From Lama guanicoe (lineage: Eukaryota): a stretch of DNA of 64,000 bases. The stretch lies in the NCBI GenBank assembly GCA_013239625.1, contig MU054220.1:7351367-7415366 (forward strand), read 5' to 3'. Each line of letters opens with the position of its first letter. Position 1 is the stretch's first letter. The translations under genes were made by a program, and so were the position numbers. Below are positions 50,044 through 62,994 of the stretch, piece after piece. Under the pieces are notes generated by a model, which was given only the letters and a program-made list of their open reading frames with translations, ran no database searches and was not told the origin of the DNA.

Positions 50044-53000
50044 AGAGAATCATTAAATATCACGTAGAACCCTACAAACACAGAACAGAACAATTAAATA
50101 TCACACATAACATTTTTGTTTTTTAACAGAAGACTAGCTCTGTGCGCCAGGCATGGTACTATGTGTGTCAGTAGTGAGTAAACTAGCCACAGTGTCTGAT
50201 CTTGAAAAGCCCAGAAAAGCAGTGTATAAACAATGTTGGTGGAGGAGTATGGTGGTGAGCTCGGTATACAACCAAAGGAATGTGACTTCGGAATGTGCTG
50301 GGCTGTAACCGGAATGTGCTGGGAAACAGGGGAAGCCCTGACATTCCAGGAAAACACATTCACAAAATGCTTTTGATCTCATCAGAAATCTATTGCAATG
50401 TAAATAGATAATATTGGGGGGGAGGGGAGAGATGCTAACACCCAGTAAAACCACAGGAAGAGTCTCCTTCTTTTGAAGATGAAGGAACAAGTTGATTAAA
50501 AAGGAAAGAGAGAAATTCATTCTCTGCCAAAGGCTTCATGATGAAATGAAAGCTGCTGTAAGAGAGGAGCATTTGTCATGTTCAAGGAAACCCCTATAGG
50601 ACTATTAGGATTTCTCCGTAGAAACTGCAGGCCAGGAGAGAGTGGGATGACATATTCAAAGTGCTGAGAGGAAAAAAAAAATCTTCCAACCAAGAGAATT
50701 ATACCTGGCAAATCTATCCTTCAAAAGTGAAAAAGAGAGAAAGACTTCCCCAGACAGACACATGCAGAGGAAGTTCATCATCACCAGGCCTGACACAAAA
50801 AGTGCTAAACGAGGTTCTTCAAGTTGAGAGAAAAGGACACTAATTAGTAATATGAAAGCATGAAAGTATAAAACTCACTGTGAAGGTAAATATATAGTTA
50901 AATTTTGAATATTCTAATACTGCAATGGAGATTTATAAATCATTTTTAACCCTAGTATGAAAGGTAAATATGGCCAAAGTGTTAAAAAAAACTATAATGA
51001 ATATAATTTATTAATAGATACACAATATAAAAAGATGCAAATGGAGGGGTTTAGAGTTTTTGTATGTGACTGAAGTTAAGTAGTTATCAGTTTAAAACAG
51101 ACTGTTATAGCTATAAAATGTTTTATGTAAGCATGGTAGCCATAAAGAAAAAAAAATTTCAGTAGACATAGAAAAGAGAAAGAGATGAAATCACAAAGCA
51201 ATCATAAAAACAGTATCAAATCACAAAGGAATGCAGTAATAAAGGAAGAAAATCAAAGAAGCTACAAAACAGCAAACAATTAACAAAATGTCAGCAGTCA
51301 GCCCTTACCTATTAATAATTAATTTCAATATAAAAGGATTAAAATTTCCAATCAAAAGGCAGAATAGTTAAGTAGATGAAAAATGAGATCCAACAGTATG
51401 CTGACTGAAAAAGATTCGCAATAGCTTTAAAGACACACATAGGTTTAAAAAAAACACTTCTATCAGACAGAATAGAATTTAAATCAAAACTTTCATAAAG
51501 AAACAAAGAAGGTCATTATATAATGAAAAAGGAGTTGTCATCAAAAGTATTTAACAATTGCAAATACATATGCACCCAACATCAGAGCACCTAATTATAT
51601 AAAGCAAATGTTAACATAACAGAAGGGAGAAATAGATAGCTATACAGTAAGAGTAGAGACTTTAAAATTACACTTTCAACAATGTATAGAACTTCCAGAC
51701 AGATACTCAATAAGGGAACAGTAGACTTGAATGAAAGTGTAAACCAAACAGACTTTACAGACATGTACAGAACATTTCATCCAACAGCAGCAAAATACAT
51801 GTTCTTCTCAAGCACGCATGGGACATTCTCCAGCATAGATCATATTATTGGACCACAAAACAAGTCTTAACAAATTAAGATTGATAGCATATTCAGTATA
51901 TTTTCTGACCACAGTTGTATGAAAATAGAAATTAATAACAGGAAGAAAATTTGAAAATTCATAAATACATGAAAATTAATGTGACTGTAAACACTCAATG
52001 GGTCATAGAAGAATCAAAAGGAAATCAAAAAGTGTCTTGAGACAAGTAATAATGGAGACACAACATAACAAAATTTAGAAGATGCAGAAAAAGCAGCTCT
52101 AAGAGAAAAGTGATACATGAACACCGTAAGTGGTAAGTGCCTAAAATTAGGGGAAAAAAAAGTATCTTCTCAAATAAACTAACTTTACATTTCAAGGAAC
52201 TAGAAGAAGAGAACAAACTAAGCTCAAAATGAGCAGAAGGAAGGAAATAAAATTTAAAGCAAAAATATATGAAATAGAGGCTAGAGAAACAACAGAAAAG
52301 ATCAACAAAACTGAGTTTTTTAAAAGACAAGCAAATTGACAGACCTTTAGCTATACTAAGGGAAAAAAAAAGAGGACTCAAATTAATAAAATTATAAATG
52401 AAAGAGGAACTATTAAAATTGATAGCACAGAAATAAAAAGGATCTTAAGAGACTGTTATGAAGAACTATACGCCCACGTATTGAATACCCTAGCAGAAAT
52501 GGGCTCATTCCTAGACTTATACGACCTACTAAAACTGAATCATGAATAGAAAATCTGAGCAGACCAGTAACAGGTAAGACGATTGAATCAACAATTAAAA
52601 ACCTCCCCAAACAAATAAAGTCATTGGGCCAGATGGCTTCACTGAAAATTTCTAACGAGCATTTAAAAGAAGATTTAACACCAGTCCTTTTCAAACTCTT
52701 CCAAAATATTGAAGGGGAGGGAATATTTCCAAACTCATATCACAAGGCCAGCATTCCTCTGATAACAATGCCAGATGTAGACACTATATGAAAGGGAAAC
52801 TGCAGGAGAATATTCCTGATGTGCGTAGGTATAAAAGTCCGCAGCAACATACTGGCAAACTGAATTCAACAGCACATTAAATGAATCATACTCCATGTTC
52901 AAGTGGGATTTATCTCTGGGTTGCAAGGATGGTTGACATATGCAAACTGGTAAATGTGATATGTTATATTAACAGAATAAAAAGATGAAACACATATGAA

Positions 53001-53730
53001 CTTCTCAGGAGATGCAGAAAAAGCATTAAACAAAACATCCTTTCATGATAAAAACTCAACCGATTAGGAATAAAAGGCACGCACCCCAACATAATAAATG
53101 TCGTAGATGACAAGCCCACAGCTAACATCATACTCAACAGTGAAAAGCTAAAAACTCTAAGATCAGGAACACGACAAGGATACCCACTCTTGCCACTTCC
53201 ATTCAACATAGTACTAGAAGCCCTGAGCCAGAGCATTTAGGCAAGAGAAAGAAATAAAATGCATCCAAACCAGAAAGGAAGAGGTGAAATTGTCTCCGTC
53301 TGCAGATGACATAATCTTATATACAGAAAACCCTTAAATCTCCACCAAAAATCTGTTAGAATTAATGAAAACAAATTCAGTAAAGTTGCAGGATACAAAA
53401 TCAACATTAAAAATTAGTTTTATTGCTATAGATTAATGAAGAATTATCAAATATAAATTAAGGAAATCATCAAAAATAATAAAATACGTAGAAATAAATT
53501 TATCCAAGGATGTGAAAGATCTGTACACTGAAATCTATAAAATACTACTGAAGAAAATTGAGCATGAAATAAATGGAAAGATATCCTGTGTCCATGGATC
53601 AAAAAATTAATATTTTTAAAAGCTCATACTACTCAAAGTGATAAGCAGATTCAAAATAATCCCTATCAAAATTCCAGTGGCATTTTTTTTATAGAAATAG
53701 GTAAAAAACCATTTTAAAATTCATATGGAA

Positions 53731-55553
53731 ATATCTGGGAATAAATCTAACCAAGGAGGTGAAAGAATTATACACAGAAAACTATAAACCATCGATGAAG
53801 GAAATTAAAGAAGACTTTAAAAAATGGAAAGATATTCCATGCTCTTGGATTGGAAGAATCAATATTGTTAAAATGGTCACACTGCCCAAGGCAATCTACA
53901 GATTTAATGCAATCCCTATCCAATTACCCAGGACATATTTCACAGAACTAGAACAAATCATAATAAAATTTATATGGAACCATCAAAGACCTAGAATTGC
54001 TAAAGCATTACTGAAGAGAAAGAAAGAGGCTGGAGGAATAACTCTCCCAGACTTCAGACAATACTATAGAGCTACAGTCATCAAGACAGCATGGTATTGG
54101 TACCAAAACAGACATATGGACCAATGGAACAGAATAGAGAGCCCAGAAATGAACCCACAAACCTTTGGTCAACTCATCTTCGACAAAGGAGGCAAGAATA
54201 TACAATGGAATAAAGACAGTCTCTTCAGCAAATGGTGTTGGGAAAACTGGACAGCAGCATGTAAAACAATGAAGCTAGAACACACCCTTACACCATATAC
54301 AAAAATCAACTCAAAATGGATTAAAGACTTAAACATAAGACAAGATACAATAAACCTCCTAGAGGAAAACATAGGCAAAACATTATCTGACATACATTTC
54401 AAAAATTTTCTCCTAGAAGAAATAAAAGCAAGAATAAACAAATGGGACCTAATGAAACTTACAAGCTTCTGCAGAGCAAAGGAAACCAGAAATAAAACAA
54501 GAAGAAAACCTACGGAATGGGAGAAAATTTTTGCAAGTGAAACCGACAAAGGCTTGATCTCCAAAATATATAAGCAGCTCATACGACTCAATAAGAAAAA
54601 AATAAACAACCCAATCCAAAAATGGGCAGAAGACCTAAACAAGCAATTCTCCAAGGAAGACATACAAATGATCAAAAAGCACATGAAAAAATGTTCAATA
54701 TCACTAATTATCAGAGAAATGCAAATCAAAACTACAATGAGGTATCACCTCACACCAGTCAGAATGGCCGTCATTCAAAAATCCAAAAATGACAAATGCT
54801 GGAGAGGCTGTGGAGAAAGGGGAACCCTCCTACACTGCTGGTGGGAATGCAGTTTGGTGCAGCCACTATGGAAAACAGTGTGGAGATTCCTCAAAAGACT
54901 AGGAATAGACTTACCATATGACCCAGGAATCCCACTCCTGGGCTTGTATCCAGAAGGAAATCTACTTCAGGATGACACCTGCACCCCAATGTTCATAGCA
55001 GCACTATTTACAATAGCCAAAACATGGAAACAGCCTAAATGTCCATCAACAGGTGACTGGATAAAGAAGAGGTGGTATATTTATACAATGGAATACTACT
55101 CAGCCATAAAAACCGACAACATAATGCCATTTGCAGCAACATGGATGCTCCTAGAGAATGTCATTCTAAGTGAAGTAAGCCAGAAAGAGAAAGAAAAATA
55201 CCATATGAGATCGCTCATATGTGGAATCTAAAAAACAAAAACAAACAAACAAACAAAAACAAAGCATAAATACAGGACAGAAATAGACTCATGGACAGAG
55301 AATACAGACTTGTGGTTACCAGGGGGGTAGAGGGTGGGAAGGGATAGACTGGGATTTCAAAATTGTAGAATAGATAAACAAGATTACACTGTATAGCACA
55401 GGGAAATATACACAAAATGTTATGATAAATCACAGAGAAAAAAATGTGACAATGAGTGTGTATATGTCCATGAATGACTGAAAAATTGTGCTGAACACTG
55501 GAATTTGACACAACATTGTAAAATGATTATAAATCAATAAAAAATGTTAAAAA
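53731..55553 (+). mobile_element. Young 5'-truncated L1 (1.8 kb) with perfect 15-bp TSD
   Basis: TSD 'aaaattcatatggaa' at 53716-53730 and 55554-55568; TTTT/AAAA endonuclease target; AATAAA plus A tail. Confidence 0.95.
53732..55231 (+). pseudogene. Open L1 ORF2 C-terminal fragment (end of RT to CCHC zinc knuckle); not an independent gene
   Basis: Frame open from [10 protein letters not shown] through [18 protein letters not shown] to ...SLICGI*; lacks promoter, ORF1, EN and RT core. Confidence 0.9.
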
Positions 55554-58500
55554 AAAATTCATATGGAACCTCAAAAGATCCCAAACAGTCACAGCAATCT
55601 TGAGCAAGAACAGTGCTGTAGACATCACATTGCCAGATTTCAAAATATACCGCAGTTACAGTGTGGTACTGGCATAAAAATAGACATATAGACCAATGAA
55701 ACAGGACAGCCCACACATAAGCCTACACATTTATAGTCAACTGATCTTTGATATAATATATAGCCAATACATACATATTTACACGTATTGGTATGTGTAT
55801 ATTTATATATACATATTTTTCATAAGACACAGAGAGTAGAATTGTGGTTGCCATGGACTGGAGGAATAGAGGAAGTGGGAAGATGTTGGTCAAAAGGTAC
55901 AAAGATTCAGATATGCAGGATGAAAAAATTCCGGAGAATTAATATCCAGCACAGCTAAGTATAGTTAGTAACATTCTATTGTATACTTGAAATTTGCTAA
56001 GAGAATAGATAATAAGAGGTCTCTCTAAAGACAAAAAATTAAATATGTGAAGTGATGGATATATTAACTAGCTTGATAGCAGTGACCATTTCACAATGTA
56101 GATGTGTATCAAAACATCACATTGTACACTTTAAATGTACATGATCACACGTCAGTAAAGTGGGGGATGGCATAGGAAATAAAAGCTCCTGTGACTTTAG
56201 CTCTTTCTTGACTACCTTGACTTCAGAGTTGAACCTCCATGGCTAAGTCTTTAGAGTTGTCAAGTGCTGAGTAAAGTGTATAATATCTTCATGAGCAAGC
56301 AGTTATTTGAAGACCATAAATGTTTGATCAGTATCGTATGTCAGTGATCATTTATATCAGCTCTTTTGTCCGACCTTGGGGTGATATTTACTCAATACAA
56401 CGCTAGGAAGTTTGTGGGGGAATATTCATTGCTGCTTTTTTATTAAAAAAAAAAAAAGAACAGAACCTAAGGAAGTTTAAATGAATTGCCCAAGGTCACA
56501 AAGGTAATAACTGACAGATTTTTAAAATTAAAAATCCTAACTCTCCAACCAAGTCAGGACTTTCCACTTAATATCAAGCTTCTCATAGAATATCATGCAG
56601 GTAAAGTCAAGATTATGGGCACTGACCTTGGACTCTGCATCTGTATAAAATGGCATTTTGAACACACGCAACAACTAAGTAGGTTACGTTTTATTGCTGT
56701 TGTAATGCTTAATCAATAAGATAAAATTATAGTGAAGCTCCTCTAATTACGGTGTGTTATATTATTTTATGTATGCTTCTAAGCATACAAAAACTGGATT
56801 TGCTTGGGTTAATAGATATAAATTGGGTTAATCTTTTTGAGCAGAGATTATATGACTCTAGGCTGACATGCAATAGAACTCTTACTTTATTTTATGAAGT
56901 ACGGCAGCATTTTGTCATTAGGGTTGTTCCTTTATTTTACCATATCTTTCCCATCTCCTTCTCAAACTGTTCCCCATCTGCATTACTGCTTTTCTTTTTG
57001 GTGTTAATGAGATACAGTCAAACAATATGTGTCATGAAACGTACCGTTTGATGATGGAATCAATGCAGTTTGGTATTTACTTCCCAGTGAGACATTTTAC
57101 AAATCACCTTATTACTTTTTATTTTTCTTTGGGAATTTAGTCAAGGGACTGGCTTTGCCCCCACTATTTCCTACCATTCACTGATTATGTTAGTAGAAAA
57201 ACAAAGTGATTTTTTAAGAGTTAGGTGTGGGAAGTGCCTTTGCTGGGAGTCAGGGTAGAGTACATAAGCCAAAGGCCTAAAGAGACTTCATTGGTGCATT
57301 TGAATGTCACTAGGTCACACTGAGGGGAGGTCAAGAAAGGGAACTTGTCACAGGGACCAGCCTTATCGTCCTCGTGCACCTGGTCACCTGAGCTGGGTGC
57401 TCACAGCCTGTTTGTGGTGATGTTGAGGCAAAAGGAAAATTTGAGGTTTTGTAAATTTACAATACGTGATCATAATATCTTCACATGTCAAAACTCACTA
57501 GAGAAAGCTTCATAACTGAAAGTCAATGTCATCATTTAAAGGATTACCATACCAGAAGCAAATCAACAAACATCAACCATTTAATTGATTAGTACACTTA
57601 AGGCTATATGAAATAAGGATACCTTTTTTTTTTTTTGGTAAACTAATTTCAGCTCACCAATGTGATTGGTTGACTGTGAATCAGGTGGAAGAATTAGATA
57701 ATCTTAAAAAGTTATAGTAGTCTGGTAAATCACTCTGATCCAGACATTTGGAGATTATTATATCTGATGTCCTAGCATTCCTTTCTTTGGCACCGCTGTC
57801 AGAACTGTTTCATCATTACTTCCTCTTTCCCATAATTTACAGTGATCAAATGCCAGTAGCTTTTCTTGGATCCTGTCCTTATGTCAACTTTCCTAATTTC
57901 AAAACATTTTCACAGCACAATATGGTTTCCAAGTTTGTGCCCTTAAATTCTTTTCCTCGTGTGGGTATCATCGAGATATGCATATGCTGGAATTTTATGT
58001 AAAGGCAGCATGTGATTGGGGAACAATTACTGTGCATATTTATAGAAAAATTCAGAATAGATCAATTTGAATACATAAAAATTAAAAATTTTGCACAAAT
58101 AATTATACATACTCTGACAACATTATTTATCCGTTTCTCTATGCATAGGTTTTGGTGAGGTTTTTTTTTATAATTATACTCATAAAATTGTATATTCTGC
58201 TATTTTTCTCATTATTAAGTCATAAGAAATTTCCCATTCTATCATTTTTCAATATAAACAATAAATTTGAATGCTTAAGGAAAAAATATGATACCAACTG
58301 ACTGAGAGTTTTTGAAAGATATTCAAAAGAGGTTGATGTAATTATCATTAAAAAAATCCTATCAAGCTAACTTAAATAATACTTGTAATAGGGAGATATT
58401 ATACGTTGTTCTGCATTATTGTACGATACTCCGTATTTAACTGATTGTGAATGTTACTTTACTTTTCTATGTTTCATAAACTTCATGACTTCATAGTGTA

Positions 58501-58739
58501 GATATCATAAATTAGATTAAACAGTTTTGTGTTGTTGATCACTCGATCATTTGACTGTTTTTAAATAACAAACAATTGTGAGATGATGGTTTTCAAATAA
58601 AATCTTTTATCTCTTTTTACATCATTTCTTCAATTATGTTCATAGGAAACATATTAATTGTTCAATGGTTATAAACAATTAAAAATGTAAATTGGTCAAA
58701 TTAGTCTTACATAATTATTTTTTAAAGTATATGCTCTCA

Positions 58740-59773
58740 GACCTGGGAGAAAATATTTGCAAATGATGCTACCAATAGGAGATTGGTTTCCAAAATACAC
58801 AAGCAGCTCATGCAATTCAATAATAATAAAAAAAAAACTTAATCAAAAAATGGGCAGAAGACCTAAATAGACATCAATCCAAAGAAGACATACAGCGTGC
58901 TCAACATCATTCGTTATCAGAGAAATGCAAATCAAAACTATAATGAGGCATCACTTCATACCAGTCAGAATGGCCATTATCAAAAAGTTTACAAATAATG
59001 TATGCTGGAAAAGGTGTAGAGAAAAGGAAACTTTCCTACACTGTTCGTGGCAATGTAAATTGGTGCAGCTACTGTGAAGAACAGTAAGGAGGTTCCTTAA
59101 GAAACTGAAAATAGAGTTACCATATGATCCAGCAATCCCACTCCTGGGCGTATATCTAGAAAAGACAAAACCTCTAATTCGAAAAGATGCATGCACCCCA
59201 ATGTTCATAGTGGTGTTATTTACAATAGTCAAGACAGGGAAGTAACCTAAGTGTCCATCAACCGATGAATGGAGAAAGAAGATGGGATACATATACATAC
59301 ATACAATGGAATATTGCTCAGCCATAATAAAGAATGAAACAATGCCATTTGCAGCCACATGGATGGACCTAACGATTGTTATACTAAGTGAAGTAAGACA
59401 GAGAAAGACAAATATCATATGATATCCTTTATATGTGGAATCTAAAAATTAATACAAAGGAACTTATTTACTCAGCAGAAATAGACTCTCAGACATAGAA
59501 AACAAACTTATGGTTACCATAGGGGAGGGATAAATTGGGAGTATGAGATTAATAGATGCACAGCTCCATATATAAAATAGATAAGCAACAAGGTTTTACT
59601 GTATAGCTCAGGGAATCATATTCAATTTTTTATAATAAACTAAAATGGAAAATAATTGAAAAAATAATATATGTATATAACTGAATCACTTTACTGTATA
59701 ACTGAAACTAACACAATAGTGTAGGTCAACTGTACTTGAATAAATAAATAAACACATACATACATACATACAT
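58740..59773 (+). mobile_element. Intermediate-age 5'-truncated L1 with degenerate 15-bp TSD
   Basis: ORF2 3' end plus 3'UTR; flanks 'aagtatatgctctca' (58725-58739) and 'aagcatatactctca' (59774-59788), 13 of 15 identical. Confidence 0.9.
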
Positions 59774-59809
59774 AAGCATATACTCTCACCAGAAACATAT
59801 GTCAGTGTT

Positions 59810-60325
59810 GGTGGTAGATTGGTTTTAGAAAATTCTCCAACTCCCATTGAAATATGATTTTGAAGATCCTCCCATCAAGAAGTAAGGCTTGATTTCCTCA
59901 CTCATGGAAACTTGTCTTATCTTGTGACTTGCTAGGGCCAATAAAATGTGGAAGAAATGATGATGGGCTTGTTCTGAAACTAGGCGTCAAGCTTGCCACT
60001 GCTTTCTCTTAAAAGTCCCGTCTCCAGCATAATAATAAGCTTGGCTGATTGGAAGATGATAGACCAAGTAAACACAGTATTTCCTTCTGAATTCATCACA
60101 GACCAGCTTAGAGCCAGCCAGCATCATATGGGTAAAGGAGCCCAGCCTAGCTCAGCAGAACTGCCTCTTCGACTTGCAGTTGCATGAAGGAGCCAAGATG
60201 TTATCCAAAGTGCCCCAGATAACTCATAGGTGCTGAGCAAAAATAAACGTTTCTTGTTGCATTCCACTGAAGTTGTGTGGGTACTTTTCTGAGGGGAGGC
60301 AGCATTATTTTGGCCATAGGTGGTG
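59810..60325 (+). mobile_element. MaLR LTR (MLT1G/H-like)
   Basis: 'ctcccatcaaga...ttgtgacttgctagggccaataaaatgtgg...gagcccagcc...aaataaacgtttcttgttg...ccactgaagttg'. Confidence 0.7.
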
Positions 60326-60490
60326 TCCAAATTACCATATTCTCATGATCAAAGAATATTTTGTATATTAATTTCTTAGGCAAAAAGGTTACCTATCTCT
60401 AAAACTCTATTAGGCCAGATTTATAGTAATTCAAGTTCTTGTTTATAATTACATGTTTGGAGCAACTGAACAAAGAACCACAGAGGCTAG

Positions 60491-60510
60491 TGTGTGTGTG
60501 TGTGTGTGTG
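60491..60510. repeat. (TG)10 microsatellite
   Basis: Direct reading. Confidence 0.95.
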
Positions 60511-62994
60511 CGTTTAAAATTCTTTATTGATACCACCTTATAAATAAATATAGCACCTGCAAAGAAGGAATTTTTACTCACCCTTAATCTGGAAGATGTA
60601 AGTATAACTCATCATTAATTTGTTGCTTAGGTTTTATAATATAATGTCATTAGAGATAACAGAGTGATGCAAATATTGAAAAAAAATACACATGTTAGTT
60701 GACATTGGTAAAATTTCAATTTAATATGGTTTGGATGATGATTCCGGAGTCAGACAATATCTTGATATTTCCATTAAAAATTTTTATGATAAAATAGCAA
60801 ATAGGTTTTGAGTGTTTAAAAATATGGTTATATATTAAAACAAGGTTATAAAGGGGAAAATTGGACATTTTTTTCTCCTAAATTTTAGCATTATGAGAAT
60901 GCAGAATACTTCAGCACCAAGTATGAATACAAGATGTGTCGGTATCTATGCTCAGGAAAATAACTAAAATAATGCTTTACGTTTATTAATAGAATGCCAG
61001 CTGTGCTGGAAACAGAGAGGTAGAGGTAGCAGAGAACAAGCTCATTTTTTGTCAAGATGGAAAATTTAAATATATCTGCCCTTTTAGCACCAGGGAATTA
61101 AAATTAAGTCAAGTTTGTGCTAAATGTGGTTTAGATCTATATACTGGCAAACTAGCGAACAAAGAAGGAAAAAACAGTCATGAAACGTGATCTCCTGGTC
61201 AGTAATGGAGAACAGTAAGACAGGAGGACTGCAAAAACCAGGGCATGTAGAGTAAAGTCATATCCAGAAAAGGAGCCCCCAAATTACAACTCTTCAGAAA
61301 AATAGGAGTTCATAAATCAGTGAGAAGGAACGCTTAAATTAATGGGGATGAGAAATGAGGGTTTAGCGCATCTACCAAACGTACCATTAGAGTTCTTATC
61401 TGCAGCATCACCTCCTCTATTTATCCCACCGACTTCCATCTCTTGTGCTCTTAGAGAGCTCTTCACCTGACTCTACCACAGATCATCCCAGAGTCCACTC
61501 CAACTGCGTATTTTTGTGCCTGTCTCCTTCATGAGATGGTAAAATCTCTGGAGGCAATAATCTTCCATAACCCAGTGCTGTATCCTCAATCCCTTACATA
61601 GTGTCTTGTTCATAAGAAGGTGTTCAGTGAAATTTTATTTTTTGAATTGATGGATGTCTAAGTAGACAACCAGAAATAGTGCACCCAGACACTAGGGTGC
61701 CACAACAAAGCACAGAGAAAGGAAGGTATGATAATGTTTGGGGCTCCTCTGGCTAGCGACGTTTGAAACAAGGTAGGTTAGGTATCCAGCCATAGCAGAA
61801 AGAAACCATGAGACAGCAGCATCCAGGATCTGCTGAGGTGCAATCTTGACATAGTAAGTAACGTCTGCTTAAAAATTACCTGGGATCAGCCACTCAGAAG
61901 TTAGTAGGAGTAAAGGATTATATGTGATTGAAAGGAGTAAGTGAATAGAACACATTCAAACAATTTGATACTTTGGCTTATTGTTCTCTCTCCATCTAAT
62001 TAAAAGTTTCATAAAGATGATTAACTTCATAGTCAAAGTATTTTAGTAAGTCACTGCCATCCCATTTCCTTCACTGAGTATGTGAAGATGCCTGCCCTGT
62101 CAGCTTAGCCTCTTCAACCTACAACGATGCCATGTTGCCCAGAGAGCTTGCCTGACTTCTTTTAGGATGACAATGAGTCACAGAAACACAGCTTTACATC
62201 TAGTTCTGAGGTCTCCTTCTGTCTCTGGCAAAACAACCTGGACGGGTGGCACACAGATCTTCGATCATCCCAAGGATGCTGACCTCCTTTCCCTGAGCAG
62301 CCGCAATTAAACTTTTGTTTCTCAGACCCAATCTTTCAACTTTAGTCCAAGATGATCACTACACAGATGAGTCTGGTTTCTTCCCCAGGTCCTGTTTAGA
62401 GGGAAGTTTGAACTGGGGAAAAGAAGGTAGGAAGTCAAGGCTGAGGACTGAGTTGATCCAACCTTCCCAAGATGCCATAGACTATGCTGTCTTGAAACCT
62501 TAGAAGAGAGACGTGTGAGGGACACGTCATAGCATAAAGCCATTAGGGTAGATGATAGATTCGCGGTTGTGCACTTCTAAGAATCACAGAGTATTGTTTC
62601 ATACTAGGGTGCTAATGGCACCTAGGATATGGTCACAATGAACTGCTCTAGCACAGGGCTGTTCGCCATTTTTGTTTTAAGCCATTTTTTGTTTTTGTTT
62701 TTGTTTTTCAGAGCCATTTCTTTTGATCTTCCATTGTTTGATCCATTCAGGTGAATTTGGAAACATACTGCTAATCACTTGGTTGAAGGACAAAAATGCA
62801 CATAAATAAATTAGAAAACAATATATGACCTTGTGTAATCTAGGTCTTGAGCGATGCTGAGGTAGAAGTCATCAGGACAGGCTTTATAGTAAGGTGATAT
62901 TTTGTCTTTTTTCAAACAATCAGAGATGTATTTGGATGAAAAAGGAAAAGTTATTTATGGGGATTCAGACACAGTTATAATCAGATCATAGGAC

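Larger units (their letters stand above)
50545..56150 (+). mobile_element. Old, disrupted L1 (L1MA-like): ORF1 end, ORF2 and 3'UTR, interrupted by a young L1
   Basis: EN-like 'aatacatatgcacccaacatcagagcacc', RT-like 'gcagatgacataatcttatat' (ADD), many stops and frameshifts; resumes at 55569; L1MA-type 3'UTR at 55826-56150. Confidence 0.9.

Noticed and set aside
54008..55716. Minus-strand ORFs, including the 186-aa hydrophobic one at 54169-54729
   Set aside because: Typical antisense frames of A-rich L1 sequence
58951..59418. 155-aa minus-strand ORF
   Set aside because: Antisense to an L1 3' end; a common repeat-derived spurious ORF
62665..62720. Three 'gccattt' units with (TTTTTG)n
   Set aside because: Simple low-complexity expansion
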